Shown in pieces: positions 38,255-48,900 of a DNA stretch of 64,000 nucleotides (position 1 is the stretch's first letter; each line of letters opens with the position of its first letter). The stretch spans positions 16,923 through 80,922 of IMG/VR virus record IMGVR_UViG_3300010885_070871; one strand, 5' to 3'. The translations under genes and the position numbers were made by a program. The stretch is from a virus. A model generated the notes under the pieces. It saw nothing but the letters and a program-made list of their open reading frames with translations. It was not told the DNA's origin and did not search any database.

Positions 38255-39694
38255 ATGAATTTAAGTAGTGTAAACTTTTTTTATTGTGTTAATATTGGAT
38301 TTGAATTTGAGCTTTATAGTGACTTAAATAGGAACGAAATTGCTTTAGATCTAGGGAAGGTATTAGGTAAAAAAATAATGGTATTTTCAAAGTACCACTC
38401 TAGTTTTAAGCCAACTAAGGATATCTTTAAAATAGAACCTGATTATTCAGGAGGATCTAAAATGGTTGAGTTAATAACTGGACCTTTACCTTATTTTGAA
38501 TCTATTCCTATTCTAATAAAAACTTTAAAATGGATAGATGAAAATGGTTACACAGATAAAAAATGTGCTTTTCAGTTTGGAGTAAGTATAGACACTTCAA
38601 TATATCCTGAAATAACTCCTGTTGATAAAATAAACATTCTTAAATTTATACTAGGATTTGATGAGAATGTAATCTATAAAAAATTCCCAGATAGGTACGG
38701 ATCTTTGTATGCTAAATCCATAAAAAGAATTATTCCGTCAAATAGATTTGTGGATCCTACTAATCTTTCTTTCATTGATAAAAATCTTTTTGAAGTTCCT
38801 TTAGAAAAGAATATGGGGATAAACTTCTTAAAAGTACCTGAGGGATATTTTGAGGTTAGGTATTTAGGGGGAAAAGATTACCAGAAGAAATATACATCTA
38901 TAAAAGATGTTATGGACTATATAATAACTTATACATTCCAAGTTTTAGAGACTAATGATGGATTCAGTGAAAATGATCTTAAAATATTAAAATCTTTTCT
39001 TTCTGAAATTTATAAGAATGCTTCAAGTTTTATAGATTCACAAACCTTCCAAAAAAATTATCCTCACTTAAATGTGATGATAGATCTTAAATCTGATCCG
39101 CAAATACTTAGATCTTTTTTCCTTAATGTAAGGGATGTTTTATACGATTTAATAGTTGAAAACAACATTAAAGAAGGAATGATTAACTACGATAGTAATT
39201 TAGGAAAATTCCAAATAAAAGATGTCGAAACACAGAGAGCTTATCTTTTAAAAGATTATGACATATTAGATTCTAAAATATCTGGAAACATTCTTAATTG
39301 TAGACTTTTTGGTTGTAACTTGAGTAATTCAACTATAGAAGATTCAGATTTAATTACTACTAATGAGATTGATAAATCTAAGATAATTAACACAGATGTT
39401 ATGTTTAGTAACACTGTACATGATTCTTATATTGATAACAAAGAAAAAGAAATAAACTGTGAAGTTTACGGAGGAATTATTAGATCTGGTTATATTGGAA
39501 AACTTGCTACAATTTCACCTGAAACTGAAGTCGTTGACGATGCTTCAGATGATAAAAAAATGAAGGGAACATTAAAGAAAAATTTATTTCCTAACCGAAA
39601 TGATAAAGGTTCAATCCCCGCACAAATAAAGTTTAGTGACAACAATGCTAAGCCTTCAGGTATTCCTGGTATAAATTTTAAACAAAATAATTAA
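38255..39694 (+). CDS. Amidoligase-like (COOH-NH2 ligase type 2) protein with C-terminal beta-helix-like region
   Basis: IGFEFE, IEPDYS, ELITGP, EVRYLGG; repeated I-x-x-S/C-x-I in the C-terminal part. Confidence 0.6.
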   Translation: MNLSSVNFFYCVNIGFEFELYSDLNRNEIALDLGKVLGKKIMVFSKYHSSFKPTKDIFKIEPDYSGGSKMVELITGPLPYFESIPILIKTLKWIDENGYTDKKCAFQFGVSIDTSIYPEITPVDKINILKFILGFDENVIYKKFPDRYGSLYAKSIKRIIPSNRFVDPTNLSFIDKNLFEVPLEKNMGINFLKVPEGYFEVRYLGGKDYQKKYTSIKDVMDYIITYTFQVLETNDGFSENDLKILKSFLSEIYKNASSFIDSQTFQKNYPHLNVMIDLKSDPQILRSFFLNVRDVLYDLIVENNIKEGMINYDSNLGKFQIKDVETQRAYLLKDYDILDSKISGNILNCRLFGCNLSNSTIEDSDLITTNEIDKSKIINTDVMFSNTVHDSYIDNKEKEINCEVYGGIIRSGYIGKLATISPETEVVDDASDDKKMKGTLKKNLFPNRNDKGSIPAQIKFSDNNAKPSGIPGINFKQNN

Positions 39695-39695
39695 A

Positions 39696-40475
39696 ATGAC
39701 AGAAGCAGATTTAATCCAAGAAATCAAGGATGAAATATCACATTCTTGTGCACTTCCTTATAATCTTAACGATCAGGAGATAAAAAGGATAATAAAAAGA
39801 GCAAGAGCTTATTTCTATGATAACTATCAGTATTCAGTAGAAGATAGAATATTTGTTTTAGGTAAAGAGCTTTTTTCAACACCTTCTTTTAGAGCAACTA
39901 GACAAATACAATTACCACAGTGTGTTGTTTCTGTTTATGATGTTAGACAAGTTAATGGATCAGGACTTACCGGAACACCAGATAAAGATTTTGGAGATTC
40001 AAAATTATTAGGATCAGAACTTATGCTTTCCCCTTTTGCTGGAGATAACTTAGTTTATAGAACAGTTCTTTACTCGTTTTTTGATTTAGCAAAAGCTTAT
40101 TTATTAGAAAGCTATGCCTTTAATTATAATAAGAATACCAAAAAATTAACTATAAATGGTAGAGATCCAGCAAGAACTACTTCGACAGCAGGTGGATCAG
40201 ATACAACCCTTTTCAGTGGAACTGATGTGGGAATAAGAGCTTATATTGCTATTCCTGAAGAAAGCTTATATGATGATGAATTATTTGTGAGATATTGTCT
40301 TGCAGAAGCAAAAATAAATATTGGTAGATTACTAGGAACATTCGAATACAATCTTCCTGGAGGTGTAAGAATAAACGCAAATAATATACAATCTTTAGGA
40401 ACTGCTGAGAAAACTGAGATTCTTGCAATGATAAAAGACGAAAACACTCCAAGTTATTTCCTTCAATGGAATTAA
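39696..40475 (+). CDS. Neck/head-completion protein, T4 gp13-like
   Basis: RYCLAEAKINIGRLLGTFEYNLPGGVRINA. Confidence 0.75.
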   Translation: MTEADLIQEIKDEISHSCALPYNLNDQEIKRIIKRARAYFYDNYQYSVEDRIFVLGKELFSTPSFRATRQIQLPQCVVSVYDVRQVNGSGLTGTPDKDFGDSKLLGSELMLSPFAGDNLVYRTVLYSFFDLAKAYLLESYAFNYNKNTKKLTINGRDPARTTSTAGGSDTTLFSGTDVGIRAYIAIPEESLYDDELFVRYCLAEAKINIGRLLGTFEYNLPGGVRINANNIQSLGTAEKTEILAMIKDENTPSYFLQWN

Positions 40476-40606
40476 AATTTATACACTATTAGGATATTCA
40501 AGAAGTTTAAAAAAAAGCTTCAGAACTCCTGGGGATTTCTTTTGAATTTTGGATCTACAATGATAAAAGGGAAAAAACAGTAAAATAGCCTTTATTTTCG
40601 ATACTG

Positions 40607-40614
40607 AATATATA
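40607..40614 (+). promoter_or_regulatory. Putative late promoter (TGAATATATAG)
   Basis: Same 11-mer as at 38241, 8 nt before ATG 40623. Confidence 0.55.
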
Positions 40615-40622
40615 GATTCAAG

Positions 40623-40994
40623 ATGGCAAGATTATCCGAAATTTATCCTAGAAATCCAGACGATCCCAACTACAAAGAAGGGCTTTTACACACTGATGAT
40701 GAATTAGAGATTCTTATCGGTATGATAAAACAGTGTATGTTAACTAGGCCAGGAGAGGTTTTAGGTGATCCCTATTTCGGTATAGATCTAGAAGGATTAA
40801 TTTTTGATCTTAATATTGACCAAGCAACTCTTGAAAGATCAATAAGATTACATCTTTTAACATATGTTCCTATGGCTAATGAGCAATTCGATGTTGATTT
40901 TAAAATTGGATTTTTTAAAGGTGAAACTAGAGATGCTTGTGTTATAGATTTTGCTATAAAAGGAAACCCTTTATTAGGTATTAAAATAATTTAA
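40623..40994 (+). CDS. Baseplate wedge protein, gp25-like
   Basis: MLTRPGEVLGDPYFGIDLEGLIFD. Confidence 0.85.
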   Translation: MARLSEIYPRNPDDPNYKEGLLHTDDELEILIGMIKQCMLTRPGEVLGDPYFGIDLEGLIFDLNIDQATLERSIRLHLLTYVPMANEQFDVDFKIGFFKGETRDACVIDFAIKGNPLLGIKII

Positions 40995-40995
40995 A

Positions 40996-42693
40996 ATGGA
41001 TTTACTACAAAAAAATAAAGCAAAAATATCAGACCTCATAAGTCAAACTTTTGATCTTATTCAAGCAAGATATTCAACTTCTAATCAATTATTTACAGTT
41101 GCTTCTATCTGGGGACAAATTATTTTTGTTCTTGATAACTTAACTCAGTTTATATTATTCTTTATTGAAGATTCTATTACAGAACTAAATATTAATCAGG
41201 CAACTAGAGAATCCTCGATTTATGGATTAGCAACACTTGCAGGACATAATCCCACAAGATCTATATCTGCTAAGGGAGAAATATTAATAACTTGGAATGG
41301 AAAAAATTTAGAAGATGTTGCAGGTAGTGCAGTTCTTATTCCGAATTATGCTCAGGTAAAATGTACAAACAACGGAAAAACCTATATACTTAAACTAAAT
41401 CAGGAATACGTAAGATTAAATTTAGATCCAACATCTAAATTAAAGGTTCCTATATTAGAGGGTGTCATAAATAAAAATCAGTACACAGGTACAGGTTCTA
41501 AACTACAAAGTTATAATGTTTCATCAAGAGGTACTTCGAATATAGAAAATTTCGAGGTTGAGATTAGAGTAAATGGGGAGGTTTGGAAAAAGTATGATTC
41601 TTTATATGATATACCAAGAAATGCAAAAGGATATCTTGTAAAAAGTTCTTTAATATCCGGAATTGATATATTTTTCGGAACGATAGATTTTGGAACTCCT
41701 CCTGTTGCAGGTTCAGTAATAGAAGTTACTTATTTAGAATGTGCTGGGTCTCAAGGAAATATATTAGTTGAGGATTCTTCTCTCGTTTTATTCAGTTTTG
41801 ATTCAGACGGAACAGATCTTTATGGAAGAAGTATATCTCTTGCTGATGTTCTTCAAGTATCTTGTACGATAGCTCCTCAATTAGGAGCAAATCAAGAATC
41901 TATAGATCTTACAAGATTAATTGCACCAAAAACATCTAGAAGTTTTGTTTTGGCTAATCCAACAAATTACATAACATTTTTTGAAAAATTTGGACAATTT
42001 TCTATAATAGAGGCTTTCACAACATTTGATGATGAGTACATAAGTGACGATAATGTTATTTATATTATTTTAGTTCCTGATATACAGCTAACTTTAAAGA
42101 GCAATGAAACATATTTTGATATTCCATTGTCTAGGTTTAAATTGACTAAACCCCAGATTGATAGAATATATCAATTACTAGATGAAAGTGGACAAAAGAT
42201 AGTTACAACTGTTGTTAAAATAATCGATCCTATAATTATAAAATATGTTGTTAATGTTGCAATAACAATTTTTGAAGGAAACGATCCAGAAACAATAAAA
42301 TCTCAAATAGTAAATATTCTAAGTAACTACTTCTTAAATATAAGAAGAAGGGATAAAATACCAAGATCAGATTTAGTTGCAGCTATAGAAGGAATAGAAG
42401 GAATTGATTCGGTTTCACTTTATTTTGTGGGAGAAAAAAACGAGGCAGCTAAAAGAAGAAATAAAAATTCTCCTGATGTAGGCTTTGATGAATTTGGAGA
42501 TATAGTTATAGGAAAAGACGAGGTAGTAGCTATTTCCGGAGGATGGGAAGATAGAAATGGTGTTTATTATGATTACGGAGCTAGTATGCAAACTCTTTCT
42601 TCTGTTAACATAGATGTTAGATCTATAGTTCCTAATACATATAATACTAGAGTAAATAATATACTTAAGTCAACATTAAAAACTGCAAATTAA
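40996..42693 (+). CDS. Baseplate wedge protein, gp6/gpJ-like
   Basis: QATRESSIYGLATLAGHNP..SISAKG; IFFGTIDFGTPP..GSVIEVTY; GANQESIDLTR; follows gp25. Confidence 0.82.
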   Translation: MDLLQKNKAKISDLISQTFDLIQARYSTSNQLFTVASIWGQIIFVLDNLTQFILFFIEDSITELNINQATRESSIYGLATLAGHNPTRSISAKGEILITWNGKNLEDVAGSAVLIPNYAQVKCTNNGKTYILKLNQEYVRLNLDPTSKLKVPILEGVINKNQYTGTGSKLQSYNVSSRGTSNIENFEVEIRVNGEVWKKYDSLYDIPRNAKGYLVKSSLISGIDIFFGTIDFGTPPVAGSVIEVTYLECAGSQGNILVEDSSLVLFSFDSDGTDLYGRSISLADVLQVSCTIAPQLGANQESIDLTRLIAPKTSRSFVLANPTNYITFFEKFGQFSIIEAFTTFDDEYISDDNVIYIILVPDIQLTLKSNETYFDIPLSRFKLTKPQIDRIYQLLDESGQKIVTTVVKIIDPIIIKYVVNVAITIFEGNDPETIKSQIVNILSNYFLNIRRRDKIPRSDLVAAIEGIEGIDSVSLYFVGEKNEAAKRRNKNSPDVGFDEFGDIVIGKDEVVAISGGWEDRNGVYYDYGASMQTLSSVNIDVRSIVPNTYNTRVNNILKSTLKTAN

Positions 42694-42694
42694 T

Positions 42695-42940
42695 ATGGAA
42701 AAGAAAAGCTGGTATGAATTCATAAACTCACAAAACGACATTAGATCTAATGTGGGATTTGACTATGAAGGAAAAATATTCGAGAAAACATTATCAAATC
42801 AGGTTTTACGAGGAGATAAAAACAGGATGGATATTATTGAAAGCATGGAAAAAATTGTATATCAATTATTTGAAACTACAAAGTATATTAAAAACTATAT
42901 TAATTATACAGTTCCAAAAAATAATAAGTACGTAAGATAA
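42695..42940 (+). CDS. Small baseplate-associated hypothetical protein
   Basis: 81 aa ORF tightly coupled between gp6-like and gp7-like genes. Confidence 0.65.
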   Translation: MEKKSWYEFINSQNDIRSNVGFDYEGKIFEKTLSNQVLRGDKNRMDIIESMEKIVYQLFETTKYIKNYINYTVPKNNKYVR

Positions 42941-42941
42941 A

Positions 42942-45900
42942 ATGACTTTACAGAATCTTTTATTCTTCAATAAAAAAGGAGATCAATACAATTTCAAATT
43001 TAACGGAGATTACTGGGAAGGGTCGGTACTATTTCCTAAAGTTTCTGAAAAACTTTTTGAAATAGAACATGTATTCATAATAGAAAAATTCTTAAATCCT
43101 ACACAGGATATTGAATATGGTTTTCCTCATAGTTATGGAGTTAGTCCAGGATCACCATTATGGAAAACAGAATGGGAATCTAAATATGACGAAAAAACCG
43201 ATGTTAGTTCAATAATATACACATATGAACTTGGGATAGATCCTGAACTGGATTCTCCTGTTTTAGTTAAAGCTGATAGCATTGAATATTATCCTGAAGT
43301 TGTACCAGGAGATGCAATAGCTTCACCTTCTGGATTAGTAATAACTTCTAGTATAACATCTTCTTCAATTCAAGTAAATATTGCATTAAACTCTGATAAT
43401 GAAGGAGTATATGATAGAACTTTGTACATCAAGGATTATACAGATCCTAATAATCCTGTAACAATATTAAAGGTAAACTTTCACGGTGAAGTTGAAGGAG
43501 AAGATAGCAGATTATCTGTTTTATTAGCAAACTTTGGTAGAAGCTTTAATATAGATGATTCTTTTATATCTAGAGATTCTGATATAAAAGAGCCTTTACC
43601 AGATTTTGAATTAATAAACCAAAAGAGAAAAGAATTACTACTAACAGGAGAAAGTATTTTTCCTTATTTAGGTTCATATAAATCTTTATTTAATGCTATA
43701 AAGTTTTTTGGTTATTATGATTTAAGAATAAAAGAGTATTGGTTAAACGTAAAAAGAGATAGTGCTACAGTACTAACTCCTTTACAACAAAATGCTAAAA
43801 TGCTAAAAGAACTTTCTAGACCAAATTTAGAAGGTCAAAATTCTTTAGAATTGATAAGTTCTTTAATCGAAGATGAAAATAAAGGAAAATTTAAACAAGT
43901 TGAAATATACGGAAAAAGAAAAGATGGATCTTTTGGATTAAAAAAATCTTTTGAAAAATTATTTCCTTCTAAATCCTATAAAAAAACTGCTTTATTTGGT
44001 CTTTTTTATGATATAAATAGAGTAGTAGAAGATCAAGACGAAGATCAATTCGGATATCCTATAGTTGAAGATGCTTTTACTTTTAGCCCTGAAGAAGTTC
44101 TAATAAAACTTTTTGGATTAAGAGAGAGATTAAAAAAAGACTATTTACCTCTTAATGCAAGGATAGTAGATATAACAGGAGAAGGAGTTTATTTTAATAT
44201 TTATAATACAAGAGGTTGGGTAGATCAATTAGGAATCGATGAAGTTAAAAGTGGAATAGAAGTAAAATTTAAAGCTTTTCCTGAAGTTGGATATGTTGAG
44301 GATCTAAGAGTATTTTCAACCAAACCTAATCAGCAAGGCATTTTATATCCTGCAATAAATGGTGCAGAGCCAGGAATAAGTTATTACGGAAATGAGATAG
44401 ATCCTTATTCATATTATCAACAATATCCAGTTCCTAATATCCCTCTTTTAACCAATGCAATCCAAAGTTTTTATGATGATATAAAGAAAGGAGAAATGCC
44501 TAAATTTTTAGGTAACGGAGATTATGATCCACCTGGATATAAGCTATATTCTAACGGAGAAGATTACGTTCTTCCTGCTGGATGTCCAATAGTACTAACA
44601 AATGCAACTTTTGATTTAGCTTGGGAAGAAATTAGTGGAAGCTGGAATTCTTTAGATCCTTCAGTAACAACTACACTTTTAAATGTAGCAAATTACACAA
44701 GTACAATTAATCCAAATCCTGGAACCCCTGCACAATCTGTAAACAGTTTAAGTACTTACACTATAAGTTCAACTTTACCACAGACTGTCGTTATCAATAT
44801 AGGTACTGGTAATCTTTGGTTTTCTACTATACCAAATGAGGTTGTTTTTGTTAGAGTTGAATCTGTTTCTTCTCCTGGAAATCTAATACTTGGATACGTA
44901 AATACTGGTGACTATAATAACATATCTGGTAACTTAACTATTCAAGTTATTTCTGTAAGAGGGTCAGGAACATATTCTAACTGGACAGTAACACCAACTA
45001 ATATAAATTTCAATACATATTCTTTTGAGTATTTTCAAAATTGGATTTATCCTGGAGGATTTTATTCTTGGGATAGACTTCCTTATTTAGATTTTTATGA
45101 GATAGAATGGACAATCTATAAAGAAGATGAATCCCCTTATTATTTTCAGATAAGAGGCGGATTACCGGATCTTGAAATTTTACCACACTTTCTTCCATAC
45201 ACTGGGGAATATACAGTACAATGTAGATTGTGGGACACTTTAAATTCCATTTCATTAGGAATAACAAGAAGTGCAATAAAAGTTGATAAGAGACAGATAG
45301 AGCTTAATTGTTTAACTAGATTTAGAGAATCTGAAACATATGATTGGAATAACGTCCCACTTAAATGGGAAAGCTATCCTTCACAATGGATTTGGCCAGT
45401 TGAAAATACAGATCAGACTACCAAGATATCAGACGTTATTCAAAACTTCCCTGAATATTCCAACAATTTCAACGAGGGTCAATCATGTGAAGTTTTAACT
45501 AAGATCCCTGAAATAAAAGCAGAAACAGTTTTTGAAATAGGAGTAACTGGAGTTTCTATTGTAAACATAGCTAGTTTACCAATAGGGGGATCTCCTGCTT
45601 TTTCTTATGGATTTGCAATTGTTACAACTTTAACTTCTCATGGATATTCTTCGGGAAGCAATGTTTGGATATATGATTCTTTAGGTAATCCTTATGGACA
45701 ATTTCCTATAACCGTTTTATCACCTACAACTTTTGAAATACCTCAAGTTGTTATAACTCCTATAACAGGAGGTTCAGTTTTCGGCCAAGGTACAATAATT
45801 ATAACAGCAGACGGTTTACAGATAGCGAATACAACATATTCAGGAACAATAAATTCCACTGCAGGAGTTATCTATTCACAGATAAACAATTCTGTAGTAT

Positions 45901-48900
45901 CTCCTAAATATAAAATAATAAATTTAGTTGATTCTATTACGACAAATCAAAAAGTTATAACTTTACAAGCTCCTAATAATTCAGGGTCTTTATGGAATGG
46001 TAAGATAGTAACTATACAAACAACGGGTTCATTATATTCAGTTTCTTCAAGTTCAGTATTTACTGGTGGAGTTAATGAAACGGAGCAATACCTTCCTTAT
46101 GATTTCAACTATCTACCTAAACCAGAAATGAGATATTGGGGTACTAAGAAATTATCTTGGGACACATTTGAAGATTTTGAATTCAGTAAAGCTTACGCAC
46201 ACACGTGGGATATGTATGACTACCATAATGATTGGTTAGGAGGATTTGATTTATATGGGGTTCAGTATAATGATAGAGTTAGAGTTACTTCAGAAACTAA
46301 TGGTTTAGTATTTACTGAATATAGTTCTCCTATGAATAGTTATTTAGGATTGGATGAAGCAGTAGATCAATTAAATGATTCAATAGATCCTAACATAAAA
46401 AGATTTAGTTACATTTCTAGAAATTATTCTAATTTACCAAATAACTTTTATCCTAATAGTTCACCTATATCTCCTGAACTTAGTACAGATCCAGGACCTA
46501 AAAATATAAATTCTAAATTCTTTAAGCTGCCTACTTATTCACCTGTTACATTCACTCCTACTGGAATTGCTTGGGATGGTGATGGTGAGATTTGGGTTAC
46601 TGGAGAAGATGCTATAAAATTTGACGGATTAAATTTTTATAACTATGATTCTAGTAACAGTCCTATGCCTGGTGTAGGTATAAAAACTAATTGTATAAAA
46701 ATAGATCGTAATGATGTTAAATGGATAGGAGTAGATAACGATTTAGTTCCTTTAGTAAAAATAAACGAAAAAGATCCTTCACAAAGTGTTGGTTATAACG
46801 TTTCTGATTTTGTTGACAATAACGGAAATCCTGTTTGTCCGATAGCAAATTCAAGTATAAATGTAATAGAAATAAATCCTAGAACTGGAGATATATTTGC
46901 AGCTTTTGTTTCTAATACTTCTCCTAGTTATGATGGATTATTATTTTATGATAATGCAGCTAAATCCTGGGTTCTTTATACCACATCCAATTCTGGAATA
47001 CCTTCTGATGAAATAAGAGATTTAAGATTAGAATACTATGGAATTAATAAATGGTATTTATGGATTGCCACGGATAATGGACTTTCTAGATTTAATGGAG
47101 TAAGTTTTAAAAACTATGATACAACAAATTCTGGACTTCCTTCCAACAATTTATATTCTATAGAGTTAGACAAACTAAATCATAAATGGATAGGAACAGA
47201 CCAAGGAATAGTTTATTGGGATCATTTAAGATGGGCAGTTTGGAACAATGGAACAAATCCTGAATTACCAGTTGGAAGATTTACAAATATAGTTGAAGCA
47301 GGAAACGTAAATGTATGGTTTGTTATAGACGCTCCGGCTTCTCCTGGAGATAACGAGCTTTGGTTCTTTGATGGATATTTCTTTACTAAAGTTTTATATA
47401 GAAATGATGGATCAACTTTAATAAGACCATGTCCTAATTTTTATGGAAAATCTTCTCTTTCTGCTCCATGGAAAACTATTAAGAATGGAGAAATAACTTT
47501 TCCTAGAAATTTAATTACTGTTACAGATCAAGGAGAAATATGTAAGATTGATTATATTGTTCCTCACATTCACGCAACCGCTAAATTCCCAGGAATTGAT
47601 GGTTGGGATTTTGTTTATCACGACACATCTAATCCTCTTCCTGCTATACAATATATTTACAATGGTGGAATAGATTATTCACAGCTTCAGTTTAATATGA
47701 TTGTTGGTCCAGTAAATGACAACATCACTTTAAATTCTGATGCAACTCGACCTATCATGCCTCACGTTGACAGATATTCTTGGTACAAACCTATATGGCA
47801 AAGATATAGAATTGATTATCTTAAAGATCAATTCCCTTCTTTAGATTTAGACGATGTATTTTTATATGCACCTTTAAGGGATATTTTAGAAGGAAAAGCA
47901 ACAAAAGAAAGCTATTGGAAGAATTCTATTATAGAAAGAATTGCACAGAAAAAATCAAGGGAGCTTTTTGAAAATTTTGAATGGGTAGTAACACTTGGAA
48001 ATACTGCTCCAGATCAAGGTGTAAAATTAACTGTTGATTTAGAAGGTGACGTAATAGCAATAGGGGATTTCAATGGTACTATATTCATGGGAGAAGTTAA
48101 TAATATAGGAACACAAGACATCTATTTAACTACACCAGAACAAGGAGTCTATATAGCAAAATATAACAAAGCAGGAGTTATCCAATGGGCAAGAGCAATA
48201 ACTTCGACCCTTGTACAAGGTCCTATATTTGCTCGCTCTGCGATTACAGATGCTAATGGTAATATCTATGTGGTTAGTGATAATAACTTAACAGGCTTCA
48301 TTCTATTAAGTAAATACAATAGTTCTGGAGTACTCCTTAATACTTTAAATATTCCAGTTGGTCCTAGTCAATTCTTAGGTGATATAAAAGTTGACAAATA
48401 TGAAAATGTTTATATCTGTGGATCCTTCCAAGGTACTTTAAATCTTGGTGCATTTACACTTACTTCTTTAACTCAAGATGCTGGATTCGTAGCTAAATTA
48501 GATTCAACACTAACTTTTGTTTGGGCTAATCAATTATCAACTACTAATTTCTCTAAGTGCTTTGAATTAGCAGTATTAAAAGAGGAATATTTATATCTCA
48601 CTGGATCATTTGATACACAGGTAAATTTTGGAAACGTAACTCTGAATGGAGTTGGTAATCCAGATCTTTTCATATCTAAATTAAATACTGGTGACGGAAC
48701 TTGCTTATGGGCAGAATCCTTAGCTTTTGATTCTCTTACATCATTTAGCGATTCATCTATATGTATAGATCCTAAAGGACATGTTTTAGTAACAGGATCT
48801 TTCCAAGGAACAATTCAACTAGAGAAAAAGAAAATAACATCTTTTCCTGGTGCTAATGATATCTTTGTAATTAAACTTCTTTCCACAGGAAAACTAATGT

